DNA of 64,000 bases from the human T2T-CHM13v2.0 reference genome, Homo sapiens. Every line of letters begins with the position of its first letter. Position 1 is the first letter of the stretch. The stretch is from assembly GCF_009914755.1 (NCBI RefSeq), contig NC_060928.1. The stretch is one strand, 5' to 3'. Below the pieces are notes generated by a model that saw nothing but the letters and a program-made list of their open reading frames with translations, had not been told where the DNA came from and searched no databases. The translations under genes were made by a program, and so were the position numbers. Shown here in pieces: positions 26,615 to 39,307 of this stretch.

Positions 26615-26745
26615 ATAACATTACCTTTTTAATAAAGTCACTTGATTGATTGATGAGGCATATATGTTGAACTCTGTGCATCTGGGCTTCAACAAGCCAT
26701 TTGTTATTTCTCGTAGTAGCTTTCTGGATAAGATAGAAAACTGAA
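26615..26745 (+). mobile_element. L3/CR1 reverse-transcriptase relic
   Basis: Manual translation from 26637 gives VT*LIDEAYMLNSVHLGFNKPFVISRSSFLDKIEN, resembling the CR1 RT motif VT.LVDEG..VDVVYLDFSKAFD.VSH..L..K. Confidence 0.6.
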
Positions 26746-29700
26746 GCAGGGCCACTTCTTTGCATCAATTTTGAATATGAAGAGGAATTACTTGCTAAAA
26801 TAAAATGATATAAGTTTTCCAAAACAGTGATATCAGAAAAGTATTACTATAATCAGACTTTTATCCAAGATTTTAATAATAATATTCCAAGAAAATATAA
26901 ATAGGCTTCCTAATTTAAAATTTGCAATATACCCAATGCTTTCAATGTAAACACAGATATTATAGCTGTTCAAGAAAATCTAAAGATACTTAGAGAATCT
27001 GAGGGTTTTGTCAATAAATTCTCTAATGAGTTCATATTATCAAAATACACAGTATAACAAAAACTAAGCTTAGAAAACCTGTAAGGAGAGCAACATTAAT
27101 TCTAAAGCCCAAGATGAACTGAGGCTTGACAAAATGGTAAGAAGAAAAAGGGTGTTTTGACTTTTTTTCCCCTAACAATACTCTGCCTAACCTATAATCT
27201 TTTGGGCTATATGTTTGGTCAATAATGATTTAATCTCGATGGCTAAAGGATATTGTTCCCTACCAATGCACAAGCACATCAATTCATTTTGATGACAGAT
27301 TTCAATAACTCCAGTGAAGAGTAGAGCTGCATGTTATTGACATTATCATTAGTCATTCAGAAATAGCTCAGGCAAAGTTGTCATTATCTAAGACTGCACA
27401 AATAGACCAGTGACCTGTGGTCTTTTCCAAATCAAACTGCATATACGTCACTCTTCATACTACCATTCTCTTCTATTTCTGTCTTTAACCTGGCTATCCT
27501 AGCTGACATATTTCAGCTATTTGACTTGTCCATGCTACTTTATATTCAGTACTCACATATATGGATTTAAGATGTTTAAAAACATGTTTGTGTGTGTTAT
27601 CATCAGATTTTCAGCACACATATTTTGTGCAAAACATTGGTTCAGTGCTTTGAAATATATAGATAAAACATAATATACCAATGTGGTCATGCCCACAAGC
27701 AGTTAAAAATGTAGTATAGGGAGAATGTCAGCAAGACAGTGGAATGGAATATTCCCTGGCATCATTCCTCCCACAAAAATACAACTAGAAACTATTCAAA
27801 GACAAAAATAACACCCTGAGTTCACCAGAATTTAGAGAGAAGCAAAGAAACCCACTGGGCTTACGGAATCAAGAGAAGCTACAATTGGCAAAAGAAATGG
27901 TCATTTCAGACTGTGCAGCCCTCTCCCATAAGCCAGCATAATGCCATTCACAGAGAATTTCCCTAGACCACAATTGCCAAGGTGAGAGGAGCAAATTGAA
28001 GGTGGGCGTTTGATCTCCTCACCAGTCTGGGAATCTTTGCAAGAAGCTCACTCTGGTCCTGTCCCACAGGAACCACTGAGAGTGTCAGGTGGGCTCAACC
28101 ACCCCTGGTGAATTGAGAATGAAGAGCAGGGTACTGATCACAATGGCTGGCACTCATATTTTGGAGGCTATTCTGTGTTGCCATCAATAGCGTTGTCATA
28201 GTGAAGAGACTAGCACAGCAGGGGTCACAATTTGCAGGAAGGCCTGAATTCTTAACCAGCTTTTTTCACAAAGCCCATGTGTTCCCATGGTACCTTCCTC
28301 TAGTCTGGAAATAATTAAAAGGTTGGGATTAAGTTCAAGTCCCCGCTTAAGTATTCCCTGGTCTGGAAAACAAAGGCAAAACAGCAATAGAGTTCTGGGA
28401 CAACATTCAGCTTTCAGTGCTCACTATAAGTCTTCCTCACATTGAGAAACAACATCAGTGCAGCAATTTAGTTCTGCAGTGATGTTTAAGTTCCAGTGTC
28501 CACTATAAGTCTCCCCCAGACCTGGAAATAATGGTAGGGAAACAAGTTAATTCCAGAGGAGTATTTTACTTATAGTGCTTACTTACAGTCCTCTCCAGAA
28601 TGGTAGAAAACAACAAGCCAGCAATTAAGTTTCAATGTTATGTAGCAAAAGTCTAATACAGTGGTGTTAGACAACTGCAAAAACTGGAAGAGGTGAGTGT
28701 CTCTTCAAATGTGTAGGCCCCAGTTTAAAGACACAAGATTGGTGAAAGCTCAGGGAAACATAACATCACCAAAAGAAAGCAACAAAGCACCAAGAAGAGA
28801 CCCAGAAGAATTGAAAGTCTATGAAATACTGAACAGAGAATTTAGAATAATCCTCTTAAAGAAGTTCAGGAAATCACAACAATGTGGGTAGAAACCTAAA
28901 TAAAATTTGGAAAACAATCCAGGAAAAAAATGAGAAATTTTATAAACAAATAGAAACAATTTAATCCAAATAGAAAATGTAGACATATGGAATACAATAA
29001 CTGAACTGAAAACTCATTAAAATGTTTCAACAGCAGACTCGATCAAACTGAGGAAAGAATTAGCAGCTTGAAGATAAAGCATGTAAAATTATTCAATCAG
29101 AGAAGCAAAAAGATAAAATAAAAAGAGTAAAGAAGGCCTATGAGAATTACGTGACACTATCAAATGAACTAATCTGTGCATAATAGGAATTTTCATAGGC
29201 AACAAGAGAGAAAAATGTCTAAAAAATTTGTATTAGAAATAATGGCTGAAAATTTCCTGAATCCGGAGAAAGACAACACCATATAGGTAAAGGAAGGTCA
29301 GAGGTCACAAATTAAATTCAAATCAAAGAGGAAATTCCTAAGGCAAATCATAAATAAATTTGCAAAAATCAAAGGAAAAGAAAAAATATTCAAGGCATCA
29401 AGAGAAAAGAAACATATTACATTAAACAGAGCCCCAATATAGTTTTGAGCAGATTTCTTAGCAGAAAACCTGCAGGCCAGGAGAGAATGGGATGCTATAT
29501 TTACACTGCTGAAGGAAAAGAAAATGTCAACAAATATTGTACTCAGCATAGCTACGCTTCAAACACAAAGGAAAGATAAAGACTTTCCCAGACAAACAAA
29601 AGCTGAGGGAATTCACCAACACAAGAAATGCTAAAGAGAGTTCTTCATTGTAAGAAATGGATGCTAACATGTAACAAGAAAACATCTGAAGGTTAAACTC

Positions 29701-29799
29701 ACTGGTACAAGAAAAGCAAATACAGAACACTCTAACCTATTATTCGGCTAAGTAAACCACTTATATTGAAAGTATGAAGACCGAAAGACAAACTATTAA

Positions 29800-29927
29800 C
29801 CCATTTATTACTGACGGTGTAATTTTTTGAATTTTTGCAATCAGACCTAGGCAATGACCTTGAGCAGTAGGATATAAATAACTCCCACATGCTTAGTGTT
29901 CCAATAAGGAAACACTAGACATATGGA
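29800..29927 (-). mobile_element. MER85 non-autonomous piggyBac (PGBD3-derived MITE)
   Basis: cccatttat...aattttttgaatttttgcaatcagacctaggcaatgaccttgagcagtaggatataaataactcccacatgcttagtgttccaataaggaaacactag; TTAA at 29796-29799 and 29928-29931. Confidence 0.92.
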
Positions 29928-30492
29928 TTAAAAACAATAATAACTATAATTGGTTAAGAAATAGGCAATATGAAAAGATGTAAATAAAGAAACTCATCAT
30001 GCACCTCAAGGAATTAGATAAGCAAGAACAAACCAAACCCCAAATTAGTAGAAAGAAGAAATAACAAAGATCAGATCAGAAGTAAAAGAAATTGTGACAA
30101 AAAAATATAAAAGAGCTGCAAACTAAAAAGGTAGTGCTTTGAAAGATAAACAAAATTGACAAATCTTTAGCTAGACTAAGAGAAAAAGAGAGAAGACCCA
30201 AATAAATAAAATCATACATTAAAAAAGAGGCATTACAACTGATACCACAAAAATATTAGAAACTATTAGGTCATTAGAAACTATTATGAATAACTATAAG
30301 CTAACAAATTGGAAAACCTAGAGAAAATAGATAAATTCCTAGACATATACAACCTACCCAAGTAGAACTACGAAAAAATAGAAAACATGAACAGAACAAT
30401 AATGAGTGACAAGATTGAAGCAGTAATAAAAAGTCTCCCATCAAAGAAAATCCCAGGACCTTATGGCTTCATTGCTGAAATCTACTAAACTC

Positions 30493-30810
30493 CCTTTTTT
30501 TTTCCATCTTTTTTTTCCTCCTTTTTTTAAATTACACTTTAATTTCTGGGGTACATGTACAGAATGTGGAGTTTTGTTACACAGGTATACACATGCCATG
30601 GTGATTTCCTGCACCCATCAACCTGTCACCTACATTAGGTATTTCTCCTAATGTTATCCCTCCCCTAGCCCCCAACCCACCAACATGGATGAAGCTGGAA
30701 ACCATCATTCTCAGCAAACTATCACAAGAACAGAAAACCAAACACCGCATGTTCTCACTCATAAGTGGGAGTTGAAAAATGAGAACACATTGACATAAGA
30801 AGGGGAACAT
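30493..30810 (-). mobile_element. Short L1PA 3' insertion with 5' inversion (twin priming)
   Basis: Poly-T plus antisense 3'UTR at 30493-30681, then a sense segment at 30682-30810; TSD ctactaaactc (30482-30492) / ctatcaaactc (30811-30821). Confidence 0.9.
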
Positions 30811-32991
30811 CTATCAAACTCTTAAAGAAGAGCCCAGACCAATTCTACTCAAACTCTTTTAAAAAAAAGTGAAGAGGAGAAAACACTTGCAAATTCACTC
30901 TATAAGGCCAGCATTAGTGTGACACCAAAACGAAATCAAGGACACAATCTAAAAAGGAAATTATAGGCCAATATCTTGATGAACATAGATGTAAAAATTC
31001 TCAACAAAATACTAGCAAACCAAATTCAACAACACATTAAAAAGATCATTCATCATGATCAAGTGGGATTCATCTCAGGGATGCAAGGATGCTTCAACAT
31101 ATGCAAACAAATAAATAGGAAACAAAACTATATGTTTATTTCAATAGATATTGAAAAAGCATTCAATAAAACTTAATACTCTTTCGTGACAAAAAATCCC
31201 AACAAACTGCATATAGAACTAGCATACTTCAACACAATCAAGCCTGTATATGACAAACCCATAGCTAACATCATACTGATAAAAAACTGAAAGCTTTTCC
31301 TGTAGCACCTGGAACAAAAATGTCCACTTTACACATTTATTCAATATAGTACTGAAAGTACTAACCAGAGCTAATAGGCAAGGGAAGCGAAGAGAGGGTA
31401 TCAAAATTAGAAAAAAAGAAGTCAAATTATCATTGTTCACAGACAATATGATCCTATATTTGGAAAAAAAAAACAAACTGAGGACTCCACCAAAAAAACT
31501 GTTGGAACTGATAAAACAAGTTCAATAAAGTTGCAGAATACAAAAACAGGGTGCAAAATCAATAGCATTTCTATACACCAACAGTGAACTCATTTTTGAG
31601 AAAGGCACCAAGAATATACCTTTTGAAGAAAGACAGTCTCTACTATAAATGGTCCTGGGAAAACTGGATATTCACATGGACAAGAATAAAACTACATCCC
31701 TCTCACTACATACCAAAATCAAATCAAAATGCATTAAAAGCTTAAATGTCAGCGCTGAAACTATAAAACTACTAGAAGACCTCAAAAGCACTGTCAGCCA
31801 AAGCAAAATAGACAAATGGGATTCTGTCACGCTAACAAGCTCCCACACAACAAAGGAAATAATCGACAAGGTAGAGAAAGCCTACAGAATTAGAGAAAAT
31901 ATTTACAATCTATCCATCAGACAAAGGATTAATAATCAGAATATATAAGGAACTCAACTCCTCAATAACGAAGAAACAGATAATGCAAATAAAAATGGAA
32001 AATGATCTGAATAGACATTTCACAAAAGACAGCATACAAACAGCCAACAGGTATATGAAAACATACTCAACATCACTAATCAACAGGAAAATGTAAATCA
32101 AAACCACAATAAGGTATCAGCTCACTCAATTAGAATGGCTATCCTCAAAAACAGAAAAAATAACAAATGCTTTCCAGAATGCAGAGAAAGGGAAATCTCA
32201 GTATACTGTTGGTGGAAATGTAAGCTAGTATAGCCACTATAGAAAACAGTAGGTGGTTTCTTAACTAGCTAAAAATAGATATACTATGTGATGCAGCAAT
32301 CCTACTGCTGAGTATTTATCCAAAAGAAAAGAAGTCAGTATATGGAAGAGATGTATATAGTACCATGTATATTGCAGCACTATTTCCCATTGCCAAAATA
32401 TGATATCAACCTAATAATTCATTAATGGATAAATGAATAGAGAAAATGTGGTACATATACAGAATGGAATATTATTCAGCTATAAAAAAGAATGGAATTT
32501 TGTCACTTGCACAACATGGAAAGAACTGTAGGACATTATGTTAAGTGAAATAAGCCAGGTACAGAAAACCTAATATTGTGTTTTCTCACTCAGTTGTGGA
32601 AGCTAGAAAAATGTTGATCTCTTGAAGGTAAAGAACACAATAATGGTTACTAGAGGCTGGAAGGGTAGTGGGGAGAAGGGAGGGAAGGGAGGTTGGTTAA
32701 TAGTTATAAAAACACAGAAGGAATAAGTTCTAGCATTTGAGAGCACCATAAGATGACTATAGTTAACAATTTATTGCGTATATAAACATAGCTAGAAGAG
32801 AAGTTTTAGAATGTTCTAAAAGGTAATCAATGTTTGAGGCAATGGATATCCTAATTAACATGATTTGATCATTACACATTGTATGGATGTATCACATGTA
32901 CTCCATAAATATATACAATTATTATGTATCAATAAAATATTTTTATAAGTAAAGTAATATTCCTCACCCTTAAGAAGATTTAAGTATATTT

Positions 32992-33307
32992 GTTTTGTTT
33001 TGTTTTGTTGTTTTGTTTTGTTTTTTGAGACAAGGTCTGTCACCCAGGCTGGAGGGCAGTGGTGCAGTCTTGGCTTACTGCAGCCATTACCTCCAGGCGC
33101 TCAAGCGATCCTTTCACCTCGGCTTCCGTAGCAGCTGGGACTGCAGGCACCCACAACCACACACCACCACGCTGAGTTAATTTTAGTATTTTTTTGACAG
33201 GATCTTGCCATGTTGCCCAGGCTGGTCTTGAAATCCTGGCTCCAGCGATTTGCTCACCTGTGGCTCCCAAAGTGCTGGGATTACAGGCATGAGCCACCAT
33301 TCCCAGT
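32992..33307 (-). mobile_element. AluJ
   Basis: gctcaagcgatcc, tgttgcccaggctggtcttg; (TTTTG)n tail; TSD gattta(a/g)gtatattt at 32977-32991 and 33308-33322. Confidence 0.93.
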
Positions 33308-33394
33308 GATTTAGGTATATTTTTTAAACTTCTTGCTGTATTCCTATCTTTTTGAGTTGAATATTTCTTTTATTTTCATTTTTATTGACCTAAT

Positions 33395-33828
33395 TATTTT
33401 TATTTTATTTTAAGTTCCAGGGTACCTGTGCAGGACATGCAGGTTTGTTACATAGGTAGACATATGCCATGGTGGTTTGCTGCACCAATCAACCCAGCAC
33501 CTAGGTATTAAGCCCGGCATGCATTAGCTATTTATCCTGATGCTTCCTGCTCCCAATTTCCCCGCACAGGCCCCAGTGTGTGATGTTCCCCTCCCAGTGT
33601 CCATGTGTTCTCATTTTTCAGCTCCCACTTATAAGTGAGAATATGTAGTGCTTGGTTTTCTCTTCCTGTGTTAGCTTGCTGAGGATAATGACTTCCAGAT
33701 TCATCCATGTCCCTACAAAGGATATGATCTCGTTCCTTTTATGGCTGCATAGTATTCCATGGTGTATATGTACCACATTGTCCTTATCTAGTCTATCATT
33801 GATGGGCATTTGCATTGATTCCATGTGT
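33395..33828 (-). mobile_element. L1PA (older, ~PA8-like) 3' end
   Basis: ttttaagttccagggtacctgtgcaggac, cagctcccacttataagtgagaat, atggctgcatagtattccatggtg. Confidence 0.92.
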
Positions 33829-33949
33829 ATTTGTAATTTTTACATGATGATTACTTTATTCTTCATTTTAAAAAATTTTTATTTCATCACAAATTTTTAT
33901 TTTCTCTCCCATTTCTCTTATATTTTTCATTGCAATGTTGTCCTGGAAT

Positions 33950-34950
33950 TTCTGTCTGTTCATATCCTACATGTATGGATAGTCCTGAGCTTCCCAGCCT
34001 CAGCACCTTCTTGCTCTCAACTTTCCCTGGATTGACTTTTATAACTACGAGTTATGGTGACGACTCCTAAATCTTATCTCTGACATGGAGCTTTTCCCTT
34101 AACTTCAAGTCTATGCACCCAGTTGTCTGTTGAAATCTACCACAGGCATCTCAAACTCGGTGTGTCCAACAAGAAACATTTTTTTACACTCTACAAATCT
34201 ACTCTCCTATACAATTTCAACTCCCTGTTGATGGCCGTACAATATCATAAAAAGCTCAACCTAAAAAAATAAAAACAACATTTAATCACAAATCTTCATT
34301 TTCTTAATTTCCTACATCCACTTCCTTACCAACATTGTTGAAATTACCTCTCACACATTCTTTAAATTGGTCTTTCTTCTATCTCCAGTGAAATTACCTT
34401 TGCATTGTGATTCTTTCTCCTCCAGATAATAACAAGTTCTGTGGCTCTATCATAGCCTATGACCACTCTGTCTTTCCTTCATACCCATTCTTAGCCTAAA
34501 ACCTTTAGGATAAAGATAATTTCTTTTCCTTGGCTCACAGAGTTCTCCAGGATCTAGATCCGGGCATAATTTTTGGCCCCTCTGTTTTTGTACTTTATCA
34601 TATGTTCGTACAGAATTACAGGCAGTCACTTTTATGCACTATGTTATGATGCACTTTGTTATAATGGAGAACATTTCCTTTTGCCACCCACAGGGAATTT
34701 TCTTCTTTAGCTTTCTTGAAAACCCCTACTTATCATAGGAGAGCTTGTTCCCTGAAGCTGTATGCCTTACCTTTCCAGTCAGACTTCGCTTTGTTTATTG
34801 CTTCCATTATGTACTACATGTTATCATACAGAATATTTAGTGTGGTGTTGTGAAGAGAGGTTTCCCCAGCATTTGCTCCCCAGAGCTTAGAGAGCTCAGC
34901 AGCACTGTATCTGGTGTACAATAGTTTCTCATTTATGATCTTTTTTGAAA
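33950..34950 (+). mobile_element. L2 fragments
   Basis: gacgactcctaaatcttatctc, cacaggcatctcaaactcggtgtgtccaa; 3'-end-like sequence near 34900. Confidence 0.65.
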
Positions 34951-36372
34951 GTACAAATGATAAATTCTACTGGATTTTTTTTTAATTAGTGAAATAAGCT
35001 AGTAAAACAGCCAGTCTTTGAGATCTAATCAGAACCACCTTCTCTGGAGAGATAGCAGAGGCAAATAGCTAAGTTAATTGAAATGGTTAACTAAATAAAA
35101 TTAAGATAGAATCATGAAAAGACGATCAACAGTATTTTGCACAATGGCATTATTTTGGTGACAATTTCTAAGTGGTAACAAGCATGGAATGTTTATGACA
35201 TTGAAATTAGAAGAAAAGTGAGACATCACTTTATACACACACACATATGCAAGTGCATTTTTAATATGTATCTACTGAGTATTTCAGTATTTTATAATGC
35301 ATTGTATTATATAAAACTTTTTTGTTCAAATTTATGTATGTCAGCTGCTTCCAACTACTAGAGAAAATAGACTTATAAGGAGAATGTGGAAAGGAGGGAG
35401 GCAATAATATTCTGGTAGCGATTCAGTGGCTGAGCCAGCTGATGCTCAGCTATTTAGAAAGAGAACAACTCTTGAAGAGGGTTGTGAATTAGGCTGGCTG
35501 AAACTCAACAATTCTGGGGGGATAAAAACAGATTTAGCCAAGAGGAAGTAAAGGACTGAGTACTGTTAAAGACTTAATGAAACAGATGGCCCATTGTTTT
35601 GCAATGGAGCCACTACAATCAAGTCTGTTTTTAACCCATTTTAAAGACTCCTGTATATTGATGTTTCAAAAGTATACTCTAATCCCAGAGAATCTATCGA
35701 GCAATAGTATTTTTGTCCTGAACAGCTGAGTGATAGTCATGAACTAAACACTGCCTAGAAGAATAAAATTGCAAGGGGTTCTGAATTTTTAAAAAAAATC
35801 TGAGATACTTTAATTTCTATCTTGAATAATTTCCTGATAAAAGAATGTGCAATGGCAGAGTGGGAAAATATAATATCAATTAGTGGTCACCAATTTCCAT
35901 ATTGATAAAACTGAAATAAACACAAATTATGATATCTTTAATCACTGAGAATAAACAAGGATATTAATGATGCATCATTTTATAACTCATTTATTATACA
36001 AAAACTACAAGAGTAGTTTGGACAGATCAAATTCTGACTAATAGTCCCTTCACAAGGAGGGCATATATTTCTCAGTTTGGATAAGAAAATCAAGCTGACA
36101 TTTGCCTGCTACAGTTAGGAAATATATTAACAGCTCATTTTTGGTTCAGAATAGTTTTGCTATGTTTCTAAATTTTCTTTTCACTTGCCTTAAAATGTTA
36201 ATTTTTTTTTTTTTTTGGTAGGGGTAAGCCATTTTATTGAGGGACTTCTGGAGGAGTAGTTTGAAGAACGGCTGAGGAGAACAATGAGATCAAAGGTCTT
36301 CCTTGGATCAGGATTTCCCTAGCCTCTAAGTCACTGAAACCAAAATTGTAATTATTTTTAAAACAAGTTTTG

Positions 36373-36709
<337 letters not shown>

Positions 36710-37246
36710 CTATTGTTGAGTTACTAATTTTAAACATGCTATTTATGAACTCATTTGTTTATTCACTCAAGCATTTTTTCTTCCTGAAATAAGTGGTAGA
36801 ATCAAGGACTAGTTATTTCCTTTGCCTTGAATATCCACCACACATTTTTCTCTATTAATACAGTAACACAAAATACATTAGTGAATTATTTGTCACCTTT
36901 AGATACAAGGAAAAGTGTTTCCAGGAAGTAGAGTATTGGCATTGTTTCAATAATGGAATTGCCTCCCTGTTCACTGTTCTGTATCTCTCTTCCTGTTTAG
37001 GATTTTTTAAATGGGGTCACCTATGCTGATTATCTGTACTTTTTCACATATCATTTTTTATTTTGAACTATCTTGATTTTGCCCCAGTTACTATTTTAAA
37101 TTTGTTTGACTTGGTTCCTAATTTATTTAATTATGAAAAACACGTTTCTTTTCAAATATCTTCTTGTTTGAAATATCTGCTGCATTTCTATTTGTTCCTC
37201 ATTCTCATGTCTTTTCAAGTGGGAAGAAGTGTAGCCCCATTGGAAG

Positions 37247-37420
37247 GTTTAGCCACCTCACCTTTCCTGAGCCAGCAAAGTACCTCCAGTGCTGGGTAAT
37301 TATTATCATTACCTGCCAATGATGATAACTCCCTATCCTTTAAGTCGCTGAAACCAAAAATCTTAATTTTACCCAGCACAGGAGGTACTCTGCTGGCTCA
37401 GGAAAGGTGAGGGGCTAAAC
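37247..37420. repeat. 53-bp inverted repeat with ~69-bp spacer
   Basis: 37247-37299 is the reverse complement of 37369-37420 with 2 mismatches and 1 indel. Confidence 0.95.
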
Positions 37421-37494
37421 AGAGCTCAGGACTCTGTGATTAGTTCTCCCTATTTAGAGCTGTTGGGATTAACACCCTAAATTTATCTCTTGGC

Positions 37495-37655
37495 AGCCCT
37501 AACTTTAATCTACACAAGAATCCCTTTGGGATTGTTTAAAATGTAGATTCATAAACTCTTGTGGATTGAAAGTCTGAAAGTGATGATGCCAATAAATCTA
37601 CATTTTAACAAGCATCTTCAAGTGATTATGATTTGCCTACTTGGAAGCTACTCAG
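37495..37655. mobile_element. MER5-like hAT-Charlie relic
   Basis: tttaaaatgtagattc...aatctacattttaacaagcatcttcaagtgatt. Confidence 0.55.
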
Positions 37656-37869
37656 AAAACAAACAAATTAGTGATAAGATAGTAACTAAGAAGCTTCACA
37701 AAAACTATGACATTTGCAGTTGCTTGTTGTCAAATATCACTTGTCTTTTTTATTTCTTACTGCTAACTCCCATTTGAAAACATGTGCATCTAGTGTTGAA
37801 CCATGACTAAGTCAAGTCTGCTGCCATTTTGCTAACTTCTCATCTTGTTTATTGCATCATTTAAAATAC

Positions 37870-38390
37870 TTTGAGCTGGAGGTAAGAGAATGTCTGACTA
37901 TAAGTGGCTTAAACAGCAAGGATATTTGTTAACCCTGATGGCAAAACATCATGAGGTTGCGGTATCAGGGCTAGTTCAGTGGCTCAATAATGTTATGAAA
38001 AACCTAAGTTCTTAGGCCTTTTTGCTATTTCATAAATATGCTGATTTAAGCCCTTAAAGTTACAAGATAGGAAGTTAGGAAGTCGTGAACAGTACTTAGG
38101 GCATCGTGTTCTTAAACAACTGTGTCAAAAGGCAGGAAAAGGGAGAGGAACCTTTGCGTTATGTTCATTTCTCTTTTTATCAGGAGAACATTGTTTTTTT
38201 CTTTTTTTTTTCAAAAGCACCTCAGTGGACTTCCTCATATGCCTGAATTTCCAAAATCATTCTACATGGTCACCACAACTTAATCAGTGTGGGAATATCA
38301 AGATTATTTTTATATCAGAGGCTAGAGGAGGATCCCACGTCCCCTGAGTAAAATTGTACACAAACATAAAATAATTAAAAATCAATGTTC
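37870..38390 (-). mobile_element. Old MaLR LTR (MLT1J/K/L-like)
   Basis: gactataagtggcttaaac, ggctagttcagtggctcaataatgt, gacttcctcatat...catggtcacc. Confidence 0.6.
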
Positions 38391-38612
38391 TACTTATGAT
38401 TTTGTGACACTTGATAAATAATATTTAAAATTGATTTGTTGTTATAGGTAATTATAACTATGTAGATAGTTAAATTAACAAATTAATTAATAATTAATAT
38501 TATCTAGGAGTCTGGACTTTATACATTAAAATTGCCATCAAAATTTTAAATGAGTCTTCTCAATGGGAAAATGGTATTTACCTTACTATATTGGACAATG
38601 ACATATGGTCAA

Positions 38613-39080
38613 TGTGATGATTAATTTTATGTATCCATTTGACTGGATAAGGGGTGCTCAGATATTTGGCTAAAAGTTATTCCTGGGTGTGTGTGCAAGG
38701 TGATGCTGGATGTGATTAGCATTTGCACTGGTATACTGAATAAAGCAAATGGCCCTCCTCAATGAGGATGAGTATCATGCAATTCACTGAGGTCCTGAAT
38801 AGAACAAAAAGATGGAAGAAGGGACAATTTGCTCTCTCTGCCTGACTGCTGAGCTGAAATATTATTATTCTCCTGCCCTCGAATTAGAACTTACATCAGT
38901 TCTCAGAACTACACCATTGGTTTTCCTAGGTCTCCAGATTATAGATGACAGATTGTGGTACTTCTCAGCCTACATAAACACATGAGCCAATAATAAATCT
39001 CTATGTATTATAGCTCTATCTCTCTATCTATCTACTATTATTAATAGTTCTATTTCTCTGAAAAAACCCTGACTAAAACA
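38613..39080 (+). mobile_element. MLT2D-like ERVL solo LTR
   Basis: tgtgatgattaattttatgt ... ctctgaaaaaaccctgactaaaaca; 5-bp TSD GTCAA at 38608-38612 and 39081-39085. Confidence 0.92.
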
Positions 39081-39307
39081 GTCAAAATTGTTATATGTCC
39101 CTTGTGTTATATGTCACTTATATTGAAAGTCTTTCTGAGTTGACATATTGGCAATACTTAGATGCTTTTTCATAAAACTCTTCATTTGTTTATATAATCA
39201 ACCTTATTCCCTAGTTCTCCTTCCATTTATCTCACTAAATCTATGAATAATCTCAAACATGTTGCAGATTTCAAAGTTTTTTCTCAGTCCTATTTGTTTT
39301 CTAGTTA

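Larger units (their letters stand above)
27719..32940 (+). mobile_element. Long L1MA-type element (5'UTR, ORF1, partial ORF2 with large deletions, 3'UTR)
   Basis: 5' end gagaatgtcagcaagac; ORF1 remnants at ~28700-29650; RT remnant [32 protein letters not shown] (30976-31176); L1MA 3' end gatttgatcattacacattgtat...tatgtatcaataaaa. Confidence 0.9.

Noticed and set aside
33652-34035. 127-aa hydrophobic ORF
   Set aside because: It starts in antisense L1PA 3' sequence and continues through T-rich DNA; the hydrophobicity reflects base composition.
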